NCBI GenBank assembly: GCA_964423535.1
Contig: CAYREW010000003.1
Coordinates: 1 to 29,617, forward strand
Origin: an uncultured Candidatus Saccharibacteria bacterium
Lineage (GTDB): Bacteria > Patescibacteriota > WWE3 > JAUXAW01 > CAYREW01
DNA: 29,617 nucleotides
Direction of reading: 5' to 3'
Each line of letters begins with the position of its first letter. Position 1 is the stretch's first letter. Both the position numbers and the translations under genes were made by a program. Of the stretch, positions 26,683-29,617 are shown in pieces. The notes beneath the pieces are model-generated. The model was not told the DNA's origin. It did no database searches and saw only the letters and a list, made by a program, of their open reading frames with translations.

Positions 26683-26711
26683 TTGAAGAAAACAACTACT
26701 TATGTTAGAGT
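26683..26711 (+). promoter_or_regulatory. Promoter for the plus-strand tRNA
   Basis: TTGAAG-17-TAGAGT with a TG extension. Confidence 0.55.
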
Positions 26712-26737
26712 AACAGTGCCTCTAAAAGGGTAGATAA

Positions 26738-26814
26738 AGCGGGCGGGAGGTATAGAATCTCGCCAGGCTCATAACCTGGAAGAACCTCGGGGCGGATCCG
26801 AGGGCCCGCGACCA
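26738..26814 (+). tRNA. Non-canonical initiator-like tRNA-Met(CAT)
   Basis: A1xG72 mismatch, GCGGG/CCCGC acceptor, CTCATAA loop and CCA, but T-loop GGCGGAT and no D-loop GG. Confidence 0.72.
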
Positions 26815-26820
26815 ACTTTT

Positions 26821-27195
26821 TTAAAACCCCAACAACTCTACCCACTGTTTCCAAACAGCAGAAACCTCCTCTGAAGTAGAATTTAAACTAAGCACATCCC
26901 CACTATTATCAGTACTGTTGTTATCGGCAATTTTCCGAGGCAAAACAACCATTTTCTCCCCTTCTTTAACCATTTGCAAACGGTTCCGCGCTTCCTGTTC
27001 AACATATTCCAGTGATTTTCGCCAGGAAGCCACCTTTTCTAACCTTTTCTTTTCTTCCTCTTCTGCCTCTACTGCTTGCTCTAATGAATGCAACCGCTCT
27101 TGTGCGGAATAAAGTTTCCACAAAGAACGAGCCAGGCTAACAACCAGGATTAGCCCCACAATTAAAACAAAAAAAGAAAGAAACTTACTTTTCAT
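26821..27195 (-). CDS. Septum formation initiator (FtsB/DivIC) family protein
   Basis: N-terminal TM, coiled coil, EYVEQEARNRLQMVKEGE motif. Confidence 0.85.
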   Translation of the reverse strand: MKSKFLSFFVLIVGLILVVSLARSLWKLYSAQERLHSLEQAVEAEEEEKKRLEKVASWRKSLEYVEQEARNRLQMVKEGEKMVVLPRKIADNNSTDNSGDVLSLNSTSEEVSAVWKQWVELLGF

Positions 27196-27290
27196 TACCT
27201 AACATTATTGTACCAAATTTTTTTACCCCCTAAAAAGTGTTGACAAAAATTTTATAAGAGTGTATAGTAATGACTGATAGAGTAAGACAA

Positions 27291-28151
27291 ATGGAAATAC
27301 AAAATAAAAAACACAAAGAGTTTATTGATAGCCTGAAGGACAAGGGACGGGCAGATGCTACTGTCATTGCCTATGCTAAAGATATAGAACAGCTCATAAA
27401 TTTTGCCGAAGAGCAAGGTATGGAAGGAATCGAAGAATTAAAAACAGAAGATATTCAAGCTTTTCTTGATGAGCTAAAAGAAGAGGATTACACTAAAAAA
27501 AGCGTTTCCAGAAAACTAAACTCTATAAAAACCTTTTATCGTTTTCTTCTAAACAACAATTATGTATCTGAAAACCCGGCCGACCCAATCCCCCATCCAA
27601 AAATTGCGCCCAAGCCTCCACGTATTTTAAGTGAAATGGAATACCGTGCACTCCGTGATGTATCCAGGGAGGATCCGAGGATTTATGCAATTATAGAACT
27701 AATGCTGCAAACAGGTGTCCGTATTGGAGAAGTACGCAGGCTAAAACTAGACGATGTTGATTTTAAAAACAATGAAATAAGAATCGCACCTTACGGTAAA
27801 CATCCGGAAAGAAAGCTGCCGCTTAACGAAAAGGCTGAAGATGCTGTAAAGAGATACTTGGAAGTACGGCCGGAAAGTGATGAGAACACAGTATTTATTA
27901 CTTCCACAGGCAACCCGTTCCTGGTAAGAAACATCCGCGCCTCTATTAACAGAATGTATGAAAAAGCAGGTATTGAAGATGTTATGGTAAACGACCTACG
28001 CCACACATTTATTGCCCACCAATTAATAAACGGGGCACCTTTGACTCTAATTTCAAAACTGGCAGGTCACAAACGTCTTTCCACAACAGAACGCTACTTA
28101 GACTATATTGATACCCCCGAAGAAAAAGAAGAAGAACTGACTGCACTCTAA
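27291..28151 (+). CDS. XerC/D-like tyrosine recombinase
   Basis: SAM-like N-domain, TGVRIGE, NDLRHTF, LAGH..TTERY; promoter TTGACA-17-TATAGT (27240-27268) argues for ATG 27291 over 27270. Confidence 0.9.
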   Translation: MEIQNKKHKEFIDSLKDKGRADATVIAYAKDIEQLINFAEEQGMEGIEELKTEDIQAFLDELKEEDYTKKSVSRKLNSIKTFYRFLLNNNYVSENPADPIPHPKIAPKPPRILSEMEYRALRDVSREDPRIYAIIELMLQTGVRIGEVRRLKLDDVDFKNNEIRIAPYGKHPERKLPLNEKAEDAVKRYLEVRPESDENTVFITSTGNPFLVRNIRASINRMYEKAGIEDVMVNDLRHTFIAHQLINGAPLTLISKLAGHKRLSTTERYLDYIDTPEEKEEELTAL

Positions 28152-28214
28152 CTTACTACCCACCAATATTATCCGTACCCCTAACTGTGGTATTATAAAC
28201 CAACAAATTCTTTG

Positions 28215-28292
28215 GTCATCCTGAGCTTGACTCAGGATCCTAATATTGTAAACACTAATTTTTCTTAGATTCTGAATTAAATTCAGAATGCC
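28215..28292. repeat. Intergenic REP-like double hairpin
   Basis: gtcatcctgag-cttga-ctcaggatc and attctgaatt/aattcagaat; ends related to the mutM insert. Confidence 0.7.
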
Positions 28293-28303
28293 AAAATAAC
28301 AAC

Positions 28304-29557
28304 ATGAATACACAACCGCTAAAAGGCTTTCGGGACTTTTTGCCGAAAGAAATGAAAATCAGAAACTATGTAATAGACGTTTTTAAAAACGTTTTTGAGT
28401 CGTTTGGGTTCGAACCGTTAAAAACACCCTCCCTGGAATATGCAGAAGTTCTTTTAGATAAATACGGCGAAGAAGCTGACCGGCTGGTGTACCAATTCCG
28501 GGACCGGGGAGACCGGCAAATAGCAATGCCTTACGACCTGACTGTCCCTGCCGCCCGTGTGCTTGCCGAATATCAAAATACTATTAATCTTCCTTTTAAA
28601 CGCTACCAAATACAAAAAGTCTGGAGAGCTGATAAACCGCAAAAAGGACGGTACCGCGAAATACTTATGTGCGATATTGATACGTACGGAAGTGAATCAG
28701 TACTCGCAGACGCAGAAATTATTGCTGTTATTTACAAAATAATGCAGAATCTTAACTTTAATAACTTTACAATCAGAATAAACTCAAGAAAAGCACTTTA
28801 CAATATGCTGGAAGAAAGAGTAAAACTTCCCAAAGAAAAGTGGGATACAATACTGCAAACTCTAGACAAACTGGATAAAAAAGGTAAGGCGGAAGTAAAA
28901 GAAGAATTAGCTGAAAAAGGTATAACAACAGGGAAAGCAAAAGATATTGTTACCTACTGGGCTGGTTTGAAACCTATTGAAGCAGACCCAAAGCTGGGAG
29001 AATTAAAAACATATCTTGATACTTTCGGCATTGAGCAAAAATATATTACTTTTACCCCTACCCTTGTTCGCGGTTTGGATTATTACACCGGTACAATATT
29101 CGAAACCATTGTTAAAGACGCTGATATCGGCTCGGTTACAGGAGGAGGGCGCTATGACAATTTAATAAATCAGCTTGGCGGACCAGATATTCCCGCAGTA
29201 GGAACTACTCTAGGGCTCGACCGCATCTGCGATGCTGCAGTAGAGCTGGGGCTGTTCAAAGAACAGGTACAAAACAATTCTACTCTGTTAGTAACTGTTT
29301 TTAACAGCAAATTAGCAGAAAAGTCTATAAAGACTGCCAAAACACTTAGAGAAAAGGGAATGCAAACACTTCTCTACCCCGACACGGATGAGGATTTGGG
29401 AAAACAACTAAAATATGCAAACAAAAAAGAAATTCCTTATGTAATAATTATTGGACCTGAGGAAGCGGAGGAAGACAAAGTAACAGTGAAAAAGATGAAA
29501 AGCGGCGAGCAGAAACTGGTAACGCTTGAAGAGCTGACAGAAAGTATAAATTTCTAA
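28304..29557 (+). CDS. hisS: Histidine--tRNA ligase
   Basis: KGFRDF, YDLTVP, RADKPQKGRYRE, RGLDYYTG and GGGRYD motifs. Confidence 0.97.
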   Translation: MNTQPLKGFRDFLPKEMKIRNYVIDVFKNVFESFGFEPLKTPSLEYAEVLLDKYGEEADRLVYQFRDRGDRQIAMPYDLTVPAARVLAEYQNTINLPFKRYQIQKVWRADKPQKGRYREILMCDIDTYGSESVLADAEIIAVIYKIMQNLNFNNFTIRINSRKALYNMLEERVKLPKEKWDTILQTLDKLDKKGKAEVKEELAEKGITTGKAKDIVTYWAGLKPIEADPKLGELKTYLDTFGIEQKYITFTPTLVRGLDYYTGTIFETIVKDADIGSVTGGGRYDNLINQLGGPDIPAVGTTLGLDRICDAAVELGLFKEQVQNNSTLLVTVFNSKLAEKSIKTAKTLREKGMQTLLYPDTDEDLGKQLKYANKKEIPYVIIIGPEEAEEDKVTVKKMKSGEQKLVTLEELTESINF

Positions 29558-29581
29558 TTTTTAATTACTAATTTCTAATAA
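29547..29581. repeat. CTAATTW 7-mer array at the hisS stop
   Basis: TAA at 29547, 29555, 29562, 29569 and 29576. Confidence 0.75.
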
Positions 29582-29617
29582 ACAGCCTACAAATACTGAT
29601 AATCAAAACCACAAATT

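Noticed and set aside
27291-28151. Tyrosine recombinase as integrase of a prophage or island
   Set aside because: Housekeeping neighbours, own promoter, no phage genes or att sites next to it; Xer-like role more likely.

Overview
Window from a probable Patescibacteria/CPR bacterium (inferred from the 16S group I intron, 16S h17 deletion, ATP-dependent ligase and TrmB-type regulator; TGA is a stop, so code 11). Positions 1-7250 hold a minus-strand rRNA locus: promoter, 16S, tRNA-Ile, an internal terminator/promoter pair, tRNA-Ala, and 23S cut off at E. coli U2500. The 16S carries a 1010-nt group IA intron with a LAGLIDADG endonuclease plus a 140-nt h9 insert; the 23S carries six non-coding inserts. 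The rest is mostly housekeeping (pth, P-type ATPase, ATP-dependent ligase, recF, mutM, GT4, stand-alone 5'-3' exonuclease, ftsH, FtsB-like, tyrosine recombinase, hisS, two CAT tRNAs) with a VapBC-type TA pair and small unknown ORFs. The main unexplained signal is a pervasive set of small structured inserts: AT-rich cores bracketed by two C(GNA)G-triloop hairpins on opposite strands (six 23S helices, two as near-identical pairs, and intron P8); inverted-repeat cassettes at gene junctions that are either empty or carry a four-helix-bundle or GxxExxY gene; and palindromes read in frame inside mutM, the exonuclease and a methyltransferase. A shared mobility system is a hypothesis, not shown. E. 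coli rRNA numbering was aligned by eye from memory; no searches or folding programs were run.
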